This document shows positions 27,517 to 36,908 of a stretch of DNA of 46,044 nucleotides, piece after piece. This DNA comes from Zavarzinella formosa DSM 19928 (GTDB taxonomy: Bacteria > Planctomycetota > Planctomycetia > Gemmatales > Gemmataceae). Where the stretch lies: NCBI RefSeq assembly GCF_000255705.1, contig NZ_JH636440.1, positions 623,915 to 669,958 on the forward strand. Reading direction: 5' to 3'. Within the stretch, counting starts at the first letter, position 1. Every line of letters starts with the position of its first letter. The position numbers were made by a program, and so were the translations under genes. The notes beneath the pieces were generated by a model, which worked only from the letters and a program-made list of their open reading frames with translations, ran no database searches and was not told the DNA's origin.

Positions 27517-28821
27517 TTACTGGTCCTTCTCTTTCTTCTTGTCCACGCTCACCCGCCAGACCGTGTTGCCCATTTCGTCAGCGATCAGTAGCGAACCGTC
27601 GCTGGCGAAGGCAACGCCCACCGGGCGGCCGTAGGCTTCCAGTTCATTCGCCAGAAACCCGGTGACGAAGTCTTCCGGCGGGCCGGCGGCTTTGCCATCC
27701 TTGAAGGGCACAAACGCGATCCGGTAGCCGACGAAGGAAGACCGGTTCCAAGAGCCTCGCTGGCCGATGAACGCACCGCCTTGATACTTTGCCGGGAACA
27801 TTTTCCCGGTGTAGAACGCCAGCCCCAGCGAGGCGGTGTGTGATCCCAAGGGCACGTCCGGCACGATGGCTTTTTCCACCAAGTCCGGGCGTTCTCCTTT
27901 GCGGCGGGGGTCTTCGTGCTTGCCGAAGTAGGAGAAGGGCCAGCCGTAGAAGCCTCCTTCTTGAACGCTGGTCATGAAGTCGGGGACCAAGTCGTCGCCG
28001 AGGTTGTCCCGCTCGTTCACGGCCGTCCAGAGTTTCCCGGTGGTCGGCTCCCACGCCATGCCCACGGGGTTCCGCAGGCCGGAGGCGAAGATACGCATTC
28101 CCGAACCGTCCGGAGAGACCTCGAGGATATTCGCCCGAAGCTTTTCATTGTCCATGCCATGCTCGGCCACATTGCTGCCCGAACCGACTGAGACATACAG
28201 TTTCGTGCCGTCTTTATTGGCCAGCACGTTCCGCGTCCAGTGGTTGTTGTAACCGCCGCCCGGCAGGTCGAGGATCTTCTTGCCCGGCCCTTCAATCTTT
28301 TGCTGGTCGGCCTTGTACGGATAGGCCATCAGGGCGTCTGTGTTGCCGACGAAAAAGGTGTCTTTCACCAGCACCATGCCCAAGGGTTGTTTGAGACCTT
28401 CCAGAAAGATCGTGCGGATGTCGGGAAGGCCGTCCCCGTTCGTGTCCCGCAGCAGGGTGATGATGTTGGGCGACACTGGCGGCGGCGGGGTCTTCGGCTC
28501 TTTTTCTTTGGGGAACGGCTTGGGGGGTTCTTCCTTCGCCCCTTTTGGCAGCGTGGTCGATTGGGCGACCAGCACATCCCCGTTTGGCAGCACATAGATC
28601 CAGCGCGGGCTGGCGATGTCGTGGGCGAACACCTCCACCTTGAAGCCCGGCGGGGCGGTCGGCGTTTTGTCTTTTGGCCAGCCGATAATCACCGCCCGTT
28701 TCTCCACGGACGGTGTGGCAAACGGTTCCGGCAATTTCAGCGGCGGTGTTTCTTGGGCCATCGCCCCGATGGTTGGGCCGCAACCAATCAGAACAAGCAA
28801 CAAGCGACTTGGTGACATCAT
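27517..28821 (-). CDS. Secreted PQQ-dependent sugar dehydrogenase (soluble glucose/sorbosone dehydrogenase family beta-propeller)
   Basis: Signal peptide MMSPSRLLLVLIGCGPTIGAMA. Motifs LYVSVGSGSNV, GLRNPVGMAWEP, NERDNLGDDLVPD and GFYGWP match sGDH-family propeller blades. Confidence 0.82.
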   Translation of the reverse strand: MMSPSRLLLVLIGCGPTIGAMAQETPPLKLPEPFATPSVEKRAVIIGWPKDKTPTAPPGFKVEVFAHDIASPRWIYVLPNGDVLVAQSTTLPKGAKEEPPKPFPKEKEPKTPPPPVSPNIITLLRDTNGDGLPDIRTIFLEGLKQPLGMVLVKDTFFVGNTDALMAYPYKADQQKIEGPGKKILDLPGGGYNNHWTRNVLANKDGTKLYVSVGSGSNVAEHGMDNEKLRANILEVSPDGSGMRIFASGLRNPVGMAWEPTTGKLWTAVNERDNLGDDLVPDFMTSVQEGGFYGWPFSYFGKHEDPRRKGERPDLVEKAIVPDVPLGSHTASLGLAFYTGKMFPAKYQGGAFIGQRGSWNRSSFVGYRIAFVPFKDGKAAGPPEDFVTGFLANELEAYGRPVGVAFASDGSLLIADEMGNTVWRVSVDKKKEKDQ

Positions 28822-28981
28822 TTTTCAAACCCTCCCGTGGGTGATTGGGAAGCATCGCCGTCAAAAACGGGCAAACGGCTTCCTGTCCCGGATGATCGAA
28901 GACGATTCGCCGATCAGCGGGGATCAACGGGGGAGGGAAAGGCACGTTCCGTGCCGAAAGAATTGGCGAAGAGTGGTGGAA

Positions 28982-30595
28982 TCAAACGAGGGAGCGGGCC
29001 ATCGAGTGCGAAGGGAGGGAGGCGGGGGGCGGGCCGGGCATGGCCTGGCCGGTGGCTTCGGCATCGGCGTAACTCACGTGCATCGTCGTGCCGCGATTGG
29101 ATTTGATCCACTCAAGGACCTTTTCCTTTACAGCCAGGAAGGCTTGGGCGCAACGCGGGTCGAATTGGGTGCCGGCACAGCGGCCCACTTCGACAAAGGC
29201 TTCTTCCGGCGTCTTGATGTGGTTCGTGTTGTATGGCCGGCGGGTCGTCATCGCGTCGAAGGAATCGGCGACGGCCACCACGCGGGCCAGCAACGGGATC
29301 GCTTCCCCGGCGAGCTTGTCCGGGTAACCGCGGCCGTCCCAGCGTTCGTGGTGGGAGCGGACGATCGGCCGGATGTCGCGCATTTCCGGGATGGTCTTCA
29401 AAATCTCGTCCCCGCGGGTCGTGTGGGACTTCATGATCTCGAATTCTTCGTCCGTCAGGCGGCTCGGCTTGCGAAGCACCGCGTCGTCGATGCCGATCTT
29501 GCCGATGTCGTGCAGCGGGCCGCCGGTGCGCAGGTCGTCGATTTCATTCGGGGAGAGCTTGAGCTGCTCGCCGATCATGATCGAGTAAGCCGTCACACGG
29601 GCCGTGTGGCCGCCGGTGTAGGCATCCCGCATTTCGATGGCGGAGGCGAGGGCCGAGATGGTTTGCAGGAACAATTCCCGCTGTCGGCGAATAAGCTGGG
29701 CGCATTCGATCCCGGCGGAGACTTGCGCGGCCAGAGCATCGGCCAGGTGCAGGTCGTCTTCGGTGAAGGGCTTTTGCCAGTAGCTGCGGTCGAGGTGAAT
29801 CACCCCGAGGTGTTTGCGGGGCGTTCGGAGAAGCACGCACAACACGGAGGCCATCGAGCCGTCCGTGATGCTGACGTTGTTGCGAACTTCCTCGTCTTCT
29901 TCGATGGAGCAGCAGAGGATTGACCGGCCGAGGCTAAAGCAGCGCTTGGCGAGGCCCTGGCTGTAATAGGTGCGTGAATTGCTCTCGCCACGCCCGGTGG
30001 CGAGAGCCTTCAGCTTGAGTTCGTTGGTCGATCCCTCGGCGAGAACAATGGCCCCTCGCTGGGCGTCCAGCACGCCGACGGCATCGTTCAAAATCGCCTG
30101 GAGAAGAGTTTCCTCGCTCTCGGCGCTGACCAGGTGATGGCTGGCCCGCAGAAGCGTGAGCAGTTGGTCGCCGGGGCGGGGGGCATGATTGCGGTCAAGC
30201 AAGAGACGATCAACGCCTTCCTGCCAGGAGGAAGCCAGTTCGCCTTCGACAATGATCTGATCGGAGGAGGAAGAAAGCGGCTCGGCGGGTCCGTTTTCGG
30301 ACATTTCCACCATCATGGCGACTTTGCCAAACTGGACAATGTCGCGGGGATGGATTTGCCGCTCGGCGGCCCCGAGCCGGATGCCGTTGACGTAGGTGCC
30401 GTTGGTGCTGCCGAGATCCTTCACCCACCAGCCGGTTTCGGCGAGGCGAAGGTCGGCATGGCGTCGGCTGACCGAGGTGTCATCAAGCACGATCTCCATC
30501 GTGCCGATCCGGCCAACGTGCATGACGTTGACGGACTCCCAGGTCTTGCCCTTGACCTCGCCGCTGATGCCCCGGAGACGAATCATCATGCCCAT
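28982..30595 (-). CDS. FHA-GAF-HD-GYP multidomain signalling protein (predicted c-di-GMP phosphodiesterase with a phosphothreonine-binding domain)
   Basis: FHA: VGRIGTMEIVLDDTSVSRRHADLRL..GWWVKDLGSTNGTYVNG. The central region is GAF-like. HD-GYP: HTARV..GPLHDIGKIGI..HHERWDGRGYP. The track start is TTG; ATG at 30595 is chosen, and 30586-30622 are also possible. Confidence 0.82.
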   Translation of the reverse strand: MGMMIRLRGISGEVKGKTWESVNVMHVGRIGTMEIVLDDTSVSRRHADLRLAETGWWVKDLGSTNGTYVNGIRLGAAERQIHPRDIVQFGKVAMMVEMSENGPAEPLSSSSDQIIVEGELASSWQEGVDRLLLDRNHAPRPGDQLLTLLRASHHLVSAESEETLLQAILNDAVGVLDAQRGAIVLAEGSTNELKLKALATGRGESNSRTYYSQGLAKRCFSLGRSILCCSIEEDEEVRNNVSITDGSMASVLCVLLRTPRKHLGVIHLDRSYWQKPFTEDDLHLADALAAQVSAGIECAQLIRRQRELFLQTISALASAIEMRDAYTGGHTARVTAYSIMIGEQLKLSPNEIDDLRTGGPLHDIGKIGIDDAVLRKPSRLTDEEFEIMKSHTTRGDEILKTIPEMRDIRPIVRSHHERWDGRGYPDKLAGEAIPLLARVVAVADSFDAMTTRRPYNTNHIKTPEEAFVEVGRCAGTQFDPRCAQAFLAVKEKVLEWIKSNRGTTMHVSYADAEATGQAMPGPPPASLPSHSMARSLV

Positions 30596-31049
30596 CGAGC
30601 CGGTCTCCCTACTCCCCGGCATCCCGTTGAAACCGGGGGAAACGCTCCCCCGACGGTGCCGATGATTCCAGTCCGCCGCTTCCGGGCAGATTTTGCAATT
30701 CCACAACAGTAGATCACAGATCGGACCGATTCAAAGCGAATCACGAGAATGATCGATCTTTTTCACCCAATCAGAATGATAGCCTTAGCCGTCAAGTCAG
30801 TCAGAAACTCGGGAGAGGAGATTATGATCTTACCACGGAATCATTGAGACAACGACCGAATCCAACGGAAAACAATGCGATTTTCTCAAGCTTCCCGGAC
30901 AAAATTTTTCGGTTTTCACCCGCTTTCCGGAAGTGGCCTTGTTGTAACTCTCGTGAAGTGGACTGGCGTTTCCGGCGTCTCCCCCCAAAATAGCCATCGC
31001 GAGAGCGTGTCTCCCCATTCCCGGCCAGACCGGATGAAAGGATTTTTCC

Positions 31050-31883
31050 ATGTGGACCAGCGTGGCCCTGTTGGCAACCGCCCTGAGCCTGACCCCCGGA
31101 CAAGCCCCCGAAACCCTGACCCTCGGCAATCCCCGCGCCACCTACGGCGAACTCGGCCCGGCGCGGACCGAAATGAAGTTGTTGCCGGGTGACATCTTCT
31201 TCCTGGCTTTCGACATCGAGGGCATCAAGGTCACCAACACCGGGCGAGTTCGCTACGGCATGGTGATGGAAGTGATTGACTCGGGCGGCAAGTCGATCTT
31301 CAAGCAACAGCCGGTCGAACGGGACGATTTCCTCCCCCTCGGCGGCACCAAACTCCCGGCTCGCGCCTTCGTGAGCATCGGCATCGACCAGCCGGCGGGC
31401 ATTTACACCTGCAAGGTGACTGTCTCCGACCTCGCCAACAAGGAAAAGCCGGTGGTCAAGTCGCTCGAACAAAAGTTCGAGGTGGCCCCCCGGTCCTTCG
31501 GCATGGTGCAAGTGTATACGGCCGCCGACATCGAGGGCAAGGTTCCGGCTTCGCTCTACGGCGTGGCCGGTCAGTTTGTGTTCGTGCATTTCGCCCTGAT
31601 CGATTTTCAACGCGATCCCAAGACGAAACAGCCCGACATCACCGTGGAAATGACCGTGTACGACAAGGACAGCAAGCCGACGCTGGAAAAATCCACCGTG
31701 AAGCAAATCCCTGACAAGGATGACGGCAACGTGGATGAAAAGCTGGTGGGGGTGCCGATGCGGTTCTTGGTGCCGATGAACCGGGAAGGCGGCTTTGTGA
31801 TCCGCCTGACGGCCACCGACAACATTTCCAAGAAGACGACCAAGGTTGATCTCCCCTTGCGGGTCTTCCCGGCAGGGAACTGA
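31050..31883 (+). CDS. Secreted protein of unknown function with two tandem beta-rich domains
   Basis: Signal peptide MWTSVALLATALSLTPGQAP. Two roughly 120-aa halves have similar hydrophobic periodicity. A clean rho-independent terminator follows. Confidence 0.6.
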   Translation: MWTSVALLATALSLTPGQAPETLTLGNPRATYGELGPARTEMKLLPGDIFFLAFDIEGIKVTNTGRVRYGMVMEVIDSGGKSIFKQQPVERDDFLPLGGTKLPARAFVSIGIDQPAGIYTCKVTVSDLANKEKPVVKSLEQKFEVAPRSFGMVQVYTAADIEGKVPASLYGVAGQFVFVHFALIDFQRDPKTKQPDITVEMTVYDKDSKPTLEKSTVKQIPDKDDGNVDEKLVGVPMRFLVPMNREGGFVIRLTATDNISKKTTKVDLPLRVFPAGN

Positions 31884-31900
31884 GAAGAAGCAGAGAGGAA

Positions 31901-31945
31901 AGGCCGTCGCCGGGAATGATACGCCGGCGACGGCCTTTGTTTTTT
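31901..31945 (+). terminator. Rho-independent terminator of the 31050..31883 gene
   Basis: 13-bp GC stem aggccgtcgccgg / ccggcgacggcct with a 10-nt loop, followed by tttgtttttt. Confidence 0.8.
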
Positions 31946-31947
31946 GG

Positions 31948-32098
31948 TGCAAAAATCAAACGAACAGATTTGCAAATGCTCCCAAGAGCCTCACTGCGTC
32001 AGCGGTGAGGGTGGCTTCCTGTGTGTGACGGCCACCCCCACCGCTGACGCAGTGAGGCTCTTGAATCTCTCACACAAAATACTTGTTGAATTTGAAGT
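31948..32098. repeat. Family-1 MITE-like element in inverted orientation
   Basis: Central stem aagagcctcactgcgtcagcggtgagggtgg / ccacccccaccgctgacgcagtgaggctctt. The flanks tgcaaaaatcaaacgaacagatttgcaaatg and cagatattttgtgtgagag-like are swapped relative to the copy at 12277-12434. Confidence 0.75.
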
Positions 32099-32138
32099 AG
32101 CCGCTGCCTTGAGGTGTATTTTCAGGTTAAGAACTGGT

Positions 32139-32289
32139 GAAAAACAATAAGCCATCTGGCGATGAGAGTACTCCGCACGCTCCGCGTGCGGGCGGGACTT
32201 TGGCCCGTTTCATCGTCTGGCCATGGGGGAAGTCCCATCCGCACGCGGAGCGTGCGGAGTACTCTCATCGCCGGATGGCTTATTGTTTC
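32139..32289. repeat. Family-2 palindromic element, copy 2, with roughly 50-bp near-perfect arms
   Basis: gaaaaacaataagccatctggcgatgagagtactccgcacgctccgcgtgcgg ... ccgcacgcggagcgtgcggagtactctcatcgccggatggcttattgtttc. The core is shared with 9381-9519. The outer arms are different but still self-complementary. Confidence 0.8.
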
Positions 32290-32499
32290 TGCCCGCTTTA
32301 AATGCGAACGGCCTCGGCCGGCCTTTTCCACCAACGGCGTTGATTTCCAATTCTCAAATCCTTTGCCCATCATCCCTTGCGTCGTTCAAATCCGTCTGTT
32401 AGCGTAACCAACTAATAAAACTCGCCCGATTTTGGCGAAACAATCGCTCGACCCGGCGAATAACCCTCCGACTGGACTCGCCATCTGGAGGAGACTTTG

Positions 32500-33075
32500 A
32501 TGAACACGGTCTTCCTGATCTGTGCCGGTATCGGTGTCACCCTGATCGTCTGCCAGTTCCTCATGAGCCTGCTCGGCTTCGGAGCCGACCATCATGGCCT
32601 CGGAGACCAAACGAGTCTTCATGATTCCAGCCACGGCGATCATGACGCCGCCCATGACAACAATTGGTTCATCGGCCTGCTGACTTTCAAGACCGTCAGC
32701 ACCGCCATCACCTTCTTCGGCCTCGGCGGCCTCAGTGCCCAATACTACGATCTCCCGACCGCCAGCATCATTATCACGGCCATCCTCTCCGGCCTCTCGG
32801 CTTTCTACGTCGTGGCCATGCTGATGCGGAGCCTCTCAAAACTGAAATCCGCCGGCAACGTGAATGTGGATTCCTCCCTCGGCCAGCCGGGCACGGTCTA
32901 TCTCCGCATCCCCGGCTTCAAGGAAGGGGCGGGCAAGGTGACGCTCAACTTGCAAAACCGAACCGTCGAACTGGAAGCCATCACCTTCGGCCCGGAGCTT
33001 CCCACCGGATCGCCGATCACGGTGAGGGAAGTGATGGAGAGCGGCGTGGTGGAGGTGGCGGCGAGGGGGACGTGA
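32500..33075 (+). CDS. NfeD-like membrane protein (C-terminal OB-fold) with a His-rich loop; partner of the downstream flotillin
   Basis: GGAGGAG SD lies 6 nt before the ATG at 32500. N-terminal TM helices. Loop ADHHGLGDQTSLHDSSHGDHDAAHD. C-terminal OB-like GTVYLRIPG..GKVTLNLQNRTVELEAITFGPELPTGSPITV. Confidence 0.7.
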   Translation: MNTVFLICAGIGVTLIVCQFLMSLLGFGADHHGLGDQTSLHDSSHGDHDAAHDNNWFIGLLTFKTVSTAITFFGLGGLSAQYYDLPTASIIITAILSGLSAFYVVAMLMRSLSKLKSAGNVNVDSSLGQPGTVYLRIPGFKEGAGKVTLNLQNRTVELEAITFGPELPTGSPITVREVMESGVVEVAARGT

Positions 33076-33080
33076 AAGAC

Positions 33081-33215
33081 AACCTCACCCCCTAACCCCC
33101 TCTCCTGACAGAGAGGGGGAACCAAACCGGCCGACGAAGACCGAAGGTGATTGACGGTGACATTTGCCCTCTTGCTCCCCCTCTCTTTTAGGAGAGGGGG
33201 CCGGGGGGGTGAGGT
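33081..33215. repeat. Nested palindromes between nfeD-like and flotillin genes: two CCCCTCTC...GAGAGGGG hairpins inside an outer aacctcaccccc/gggggtgaggtt inverted repeat
   Basis: The hairpins cccctctcctgacagagagggg and cccctctcttttaggagagggg sit at about 33096-33119 and 33177-33199. Neither is followed by a U-run. Confidence 0.6.
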
Positions 33216-33263
33216 TGCCTTTCATCATGCGACAACACACAAGTCTTTCCGAGGACATATGCG

Positions 33264-34949
33264 ATGACTCGATTTCTCTTCGCTCAAAGCTCCAACGACT
33301 CTCTTCCGTGGCCGCTCATCATGGCGATCGTGGCCGGGTTGGTGCTGTTCAGCTTTGTGATGATGCTGTTGAACCGGTACAAGCGTTGCCCGAGCAACCG
33401 GGTGTTGGTGATCTTTGGCAAAACATCAGATGGGAATGCCGCCCGGTGCGTTCACGGCGGGGCGGCGTTTGTCGTGCCGTTGATTCAGGATTTTGCGTAT
33501 CTAAGCCTTGAGCCGATCCAGATTGAAGTTCCCCTCAAGGGGGCGCTATCCATCGAGAACATCCGGGTGAACGTCCCCAGCGTGTTCACGGTGGCCATCG
33601 GCACCGACGCCGAGACGATGCAAAACGCGGCCATTCGCCTTCTCGGGTTGGATACGCTCCACCAGAAGCAACAAGCCGCCGACATCATCTTCGGGCAACT
33701 GCGGCAGGTGATCGCCTCCATGCGAATCGAGGACATCAACCGAGACCGCGACAAGTTCCTCGAAAGCATCCTCAAATCGCTCGAACCGGAATTGAAGAAG
33801 ATCGGCCTCGTCCTCATCAACGTGAACATCACGGATATCACGGACGAATCCGGCTACATCGAGGCCATCGGGCGCAAGGCGGCGGCTCAAGCGGTGCAAC
33901 AAGCCCTCATCGACGTGGCCGAGCAGGAAAAGAAGGGGCAAATCGGCGTCGCCGAGGCCGAGCGGGAACGGTCGATCCAAGTGGCGACCGCCACCAAGTT
34001 GCGGGAGATCGGCACCCGCGAATCGGTCCGCGATCAATCGGTTCGGCTGGCGCAGATGGAGAAAGAACGGGTTGTCGGCGAGCAAACCGCCCTCCTTGAA
34101 CAGCAAACGCTCATCAAGGAATCGCAACGATTGCAGGCCATCAAGATGGCCGAACTGGACCGCGATCAAAAAATCGGCGAGCAGAAAGCCGGCTTCGAGC
34201 GCGAGGCGGCGGTGGCCGAGGCCGACCGGGAAAAGCGGATTCGGCAGGCCGACGCCAACGCGAAGGCGACCGCCGGAGAAGCGCAATCGCAGGCGATCAT
34301 CGCCTCCGCGCAAGCCGAATTGGCGGTGAAGAAGGCCGAGGCGTATCAGTTCTCCGAAACCAAAAAACGGGAAGCCGAGGCCGCCGTGCTGGAGGCCCAA
34401 AACCGGGCGATGGCCAAGGCGGCCGTGGCCGATGCGGAGAAGGTGGAGGCCGAGCAACGGGCCATCCTCGAAGCCCCGGCGAAAGCGGAGAAGGCCAAGC
34501 TGATCGTCGAGGCCGAGGCCCAGGCCGAGAAAACTCGCATCGACGCCCAAGCACAGGCGGCCGCCGTCTATGCCCGGTTGGAGGCCGAGGCCCGCGGGCA
34601 ATATGAGATCCTCGCCAAGAAGGGGGAGGGCTTGAAGAAGATCATCGAAGCCTGCGGTTCCTCGCAAGCGGCCTTCCAGATGTTGATGCTCGAACATATG
34701 GACCAACTGGCCCAAGCCTCGGCCACCGCGATCTCGAACATCAAGTTCGACAAAGTGGTCGTCTGGGAAAACGGCGGCAATGGCTCCGGCGGTTCCAACA
34801 CCACGGATTTCCTGCAAAGCATGGCCCGCTCGATGCCCCCGATGCTGCAAGTAATGCGAGACATCGGCGGCATCGAAATGCCCGAGTTTCTGGCCAAGTT
34901 ACAACCGGATGACAAAAAGCCGCACAAGAATGGCGAAGTGATTGGCTGA
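33264..34949 (+). CDS. Flotillin / SPFH (band-7) family protein with a long Ala/Glu-rich coiled-coil C-terminus
   Basis: N-terminal TM, then SPFH domain (RVLVIFGKTS..FVVPLIQDFAYLSLEPIQIEV...). An extended EA-rich coiled coil follows (AEAERERSIQVATA.., EAEAAVLEAQNRA..). Confidence 0.88.
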   Translation: MTRFLFAQSSNDSLPWPLIMAIVAGLVLFSFVMMLLNRYKRCPSNRVLVIFGKTSDGNAARCVHGGAAFVVPLIQDFAYLSLEPIQIEVPLKGALSIENIRVNVPSVFTVAIGTDAETMQNAAIRLLGLDTLHQKQQAADIIFGQLRQVIASMRIEDINRDRDKFLESILKSLEPELKKIGLVLINVNITDITDESGYIEAIGRKAAAQAVQQALIDVAEQEKKGQIGVAEAERERSIQVATATKLREIGTRESVRDQSVRLAQMEKERVVGEQTALLEQQTLIKESQRLQAIKMAELDRDQKIGEQKAGFEREAAVAEADREKRIRQADANAKATAGEAQSQAIIASAQAELAVKKAEAYQFSETKKREAEAAVLEAQNRAMAKAAVADAEKVEAEQRAILEAPAKAEKAKLIVEAEAQAEKTRIDAQAQAAAVYARLEAEARGQYEILAKKGEGLKKIIEACGSSQAAFQMLMLEHMDQLAQASATAISNIKFDKVVVWENGGNGSGGSNTTDFLQSMARSMPPMLQVMRDIGGIEMPEFLAKLQPDDKKPHKNGEVIG

Positions 34950-35043
34950 CGGAAGAGAAGCCATCGGTTTGAAATCACAACGGTCATCCAATGGGTGTGG
35001 CAAATCTTTCTGGTATGCCTGTCCGGTCGGTTTTCGCCTCTTG

Positions 35044-35236
35044 GTTTTCGCCCCAAGGGGGCGCTCGATAATAGCCAGGGGCGGAAGCCCCTGGGCAACA
35101 ATCGCCAAAAGGAATCCACCCCAACGGGGTGGCACAACTCGCAAGTGCTGCCCCGTTGGGGCAGAAAACCCTTAAAATAACGGGATTCCAGGGGCTTCCG
35201 CCCCTGGCTATTATCGAGCGCCCCCTTGGGGCGAAT
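35044..35236. repeat. Family-3 structured element, copy A: 45-bp terminal inverted repeats, each containing a hairpin, plus a central hairpin
   Basis: ttttcgccccaagggggcgctcgataatagccaggggcggaagcccctgg ... ccccaacggggtggcac..gtgctgccccgttgggg ... ccaggggcttccgcccctggctattatcgagcgcccccttggggcgaa. A 16-bp outer inverted repeat tggcaaatctttctgg / ccagaaagatttgcca flanks it at 34999-35014 and 35255-35270. Confidence 0.8.
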
Positions 35237-35363
35237 ACAAGCCGCTGACGTGTGCCAGAAAGATTTGCCACCCCCCATCCAACGCTTCTCCGGGAAGATG
35301 TTGGGTGACCGTTCTGCTTTTCTACAATGAGCGGCTGTTCTCAAGCCATCGGCGCAAGAAAGA

Positions 35364-36893
35364 ATGGGACGGATGGACGCTCGGTTGTTGGACTATCTGC
35401 AACGAATCTTGACCGCCCGTGTTTACGATGTGGCGATTGAATCGCCGCTGGAGATAGCCGGAAAACTGTCGACGCGGCTCGGCAATCAAGTGTTGCTCAA
35501 GCGGGAAGACACTCAACCCGTGTTCAGTTTCAAGCTGCGCGGGGCTTACAACAAGATGGTCCGGCTTTCGGCCGACCAGTTGAAACGCGGGGTGATTTGC
35601 GCCTCGGCCGGGAACCACGCGCAAGGGGTTGCCCTCAGCGCCCGGCGGTTGGGCTGTCGGGCGGTCGTCGTCATGCCGGTGACCACTCCGAAACTCAAGG
35701 CTGATGCCGTGCGGACGCTCGGTGGCGAAGTTGTGTTGCACGGGGACAGCTACTCCGATGCCTACCTCCATGCGGCCGCTTGGGGCGAGCGAGAAGGATT
35801 TACGTCTGTTCATCCTTTTGATGACCCGGATGTGATCGCCGGTCAGGGCACCATCGGCATGGAGATTCTGCGGCAGCGGCAGGGGCCGTTGCATGCCATT
35901 TTCGTCGCTATCGGCGGGGGCGGCCTCATCGCCGGTGTCGCGGCCTATGTCAAGGCGGTGCGACCCGAGGTGAAAATTATCGGCGTGCAGATGGCCGACT
36001 CGAATGCGATGATCCGTTCCGTCGATGCGGGCCAGCGTATCCAACTGAATGATGTCGGCCTGTTCTCGGATGGCACTGCCGTCAAACTAGTGGGCGAAGA
36101 AACCTTCCGCATGACGCGGACCTTGGTTGATGAGTTTGTCATCGTCAACACGGACGCCGTGTGCGCCGCCATCAAGGATGTGTTCGAGGACACGCGAAGC
36201 ATTCTGGAACCGGCCGGGGCGATGGGGGTGGCCGCGTTGAAGCAATACGTCGCCCGGCACGGCCTGCGCAACCAGTCACTGGCGGCCATCACTTGTGGCG
36301 CCAACATGAACTTCGACCGGCTTCGGTTTGTCGCGGAACGAGCAGAAGTCGGGGAGGAGCGGGAAGCCCTGTTCGCGGTCACCATCCCCGAGGATCGCGG
36401 CAGTTTTCGACGGTTGTGCGAGGCGGTCGGCCCGCGCAACGTGACCGAGTTCAATTATCGCGTTTCCGATGAGCAGGAGGCCCACGTCTTCGTCGGCGTG
36501 GCCACCGGCAACCGAAATGAGGCGGCGGAAATTGCCGAGGCGTTCGCCCGACAGGGATTTGTGGCGCTGGATTTGGTCGGCGACGATCTTTCCAAAGACC
36601 ACATCCGGCACATGGTCGGGGGCCGAAGCCGCTTGGCCAGCGACGAGCGATTATGCCGGTTTCAGTTCCCGGAGCGGCCCGGCGCGCTGATGCGTTTTCT
36701 GGCGACGATGCACCCAAGCTGGAACATCACCTTGTTTCACTATCGCAATCAAGGAGCCGACTACGGCCGCATCCTTGTCGGTCTCCAAATCCCGGAAGCC
36801 GACCGGGCATCCTTCCAAGAGTTCGTCGATGCCTTGGGCTACCCGTATGTGGATGAAACGGACAACCCGGTTTATCGGCTGTTTCTGCGATGA
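35364..36893 (+). CDS. ilvA: Biosynthetic threonine ammonia-lyase (threonine dehydratase) with tandem C-terminal ACT-like regulatory domains
   Basis: PLP-fold motifs LLKREDTQPVFSFKLRGAYN (Lys), ASAGNHAQGVA and GGGGLIAG. The 509-aa length is typical of IlvA with two regulatory domains. Confidence 0.9.
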   Translation: MGRMDARLLDYLQRILTARVYDVAIESPLEIAGKLSTRLGNQVLLKREDTQPVFSFKLRGAYNKMVRLSADQLKRGVICASAGNHAQGVALSARRLGCRAVVVMPVTTPKLKADAVRTLGGEVVLHGDSYSDAYLHAAAWGEREGFTSVHPFDDPDVIAGQGTIGMEILRQRQGPLHAIFVAIGGGGLIAGVAAYVKAVRPEVKIIGVQMADSNAMIRSVDAGQRIQLNDVGLFSDGTAVKLVGEETFRMTRTLVDEFVIVNTDAVCAAIKDVFEDTRSILEPAGAMGVAALKQYVARHGLRNQSLAAITCGANMNFDRLRFVAERAEVGEEREALFAVTIPEDRGSFRRLCEAVGPRNVTEFNYRVSDEQEAHVFVGVATGNRNEAAEIAEAFARQGFVALDLVGDDLSKDHIRHMVGGRSRLASDERLCRFQFPERPGALMRFLATMHPSWNITLFHYRNQGADYGRILVGLQIPEADRASFQEFVDALGYPYVDETDNPVYRLFLR

Positions 36894-36908
36894 GCAGGCG
36901 ACGCGGCT

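Noticed and set aside
31948-32289. CRISPR array suspected from repeated hairpin sequences
   Set aside because: The repeats are long palindromes with unique internal organisation. They are not short direct repeats separated by similar-length unique spacers, and no cas genes are present. The TPR-CHAT gene at 40900..44322 is not adjacent to any array.
32380-32400. T-loop-like 'cgttcaaatccg' suggesting a tRNA
   Set aside because: No acceptor, D or anticodon stems can be drawn around it. I take it as a chance match. No tRNA or rRNA genes are evident in the window.
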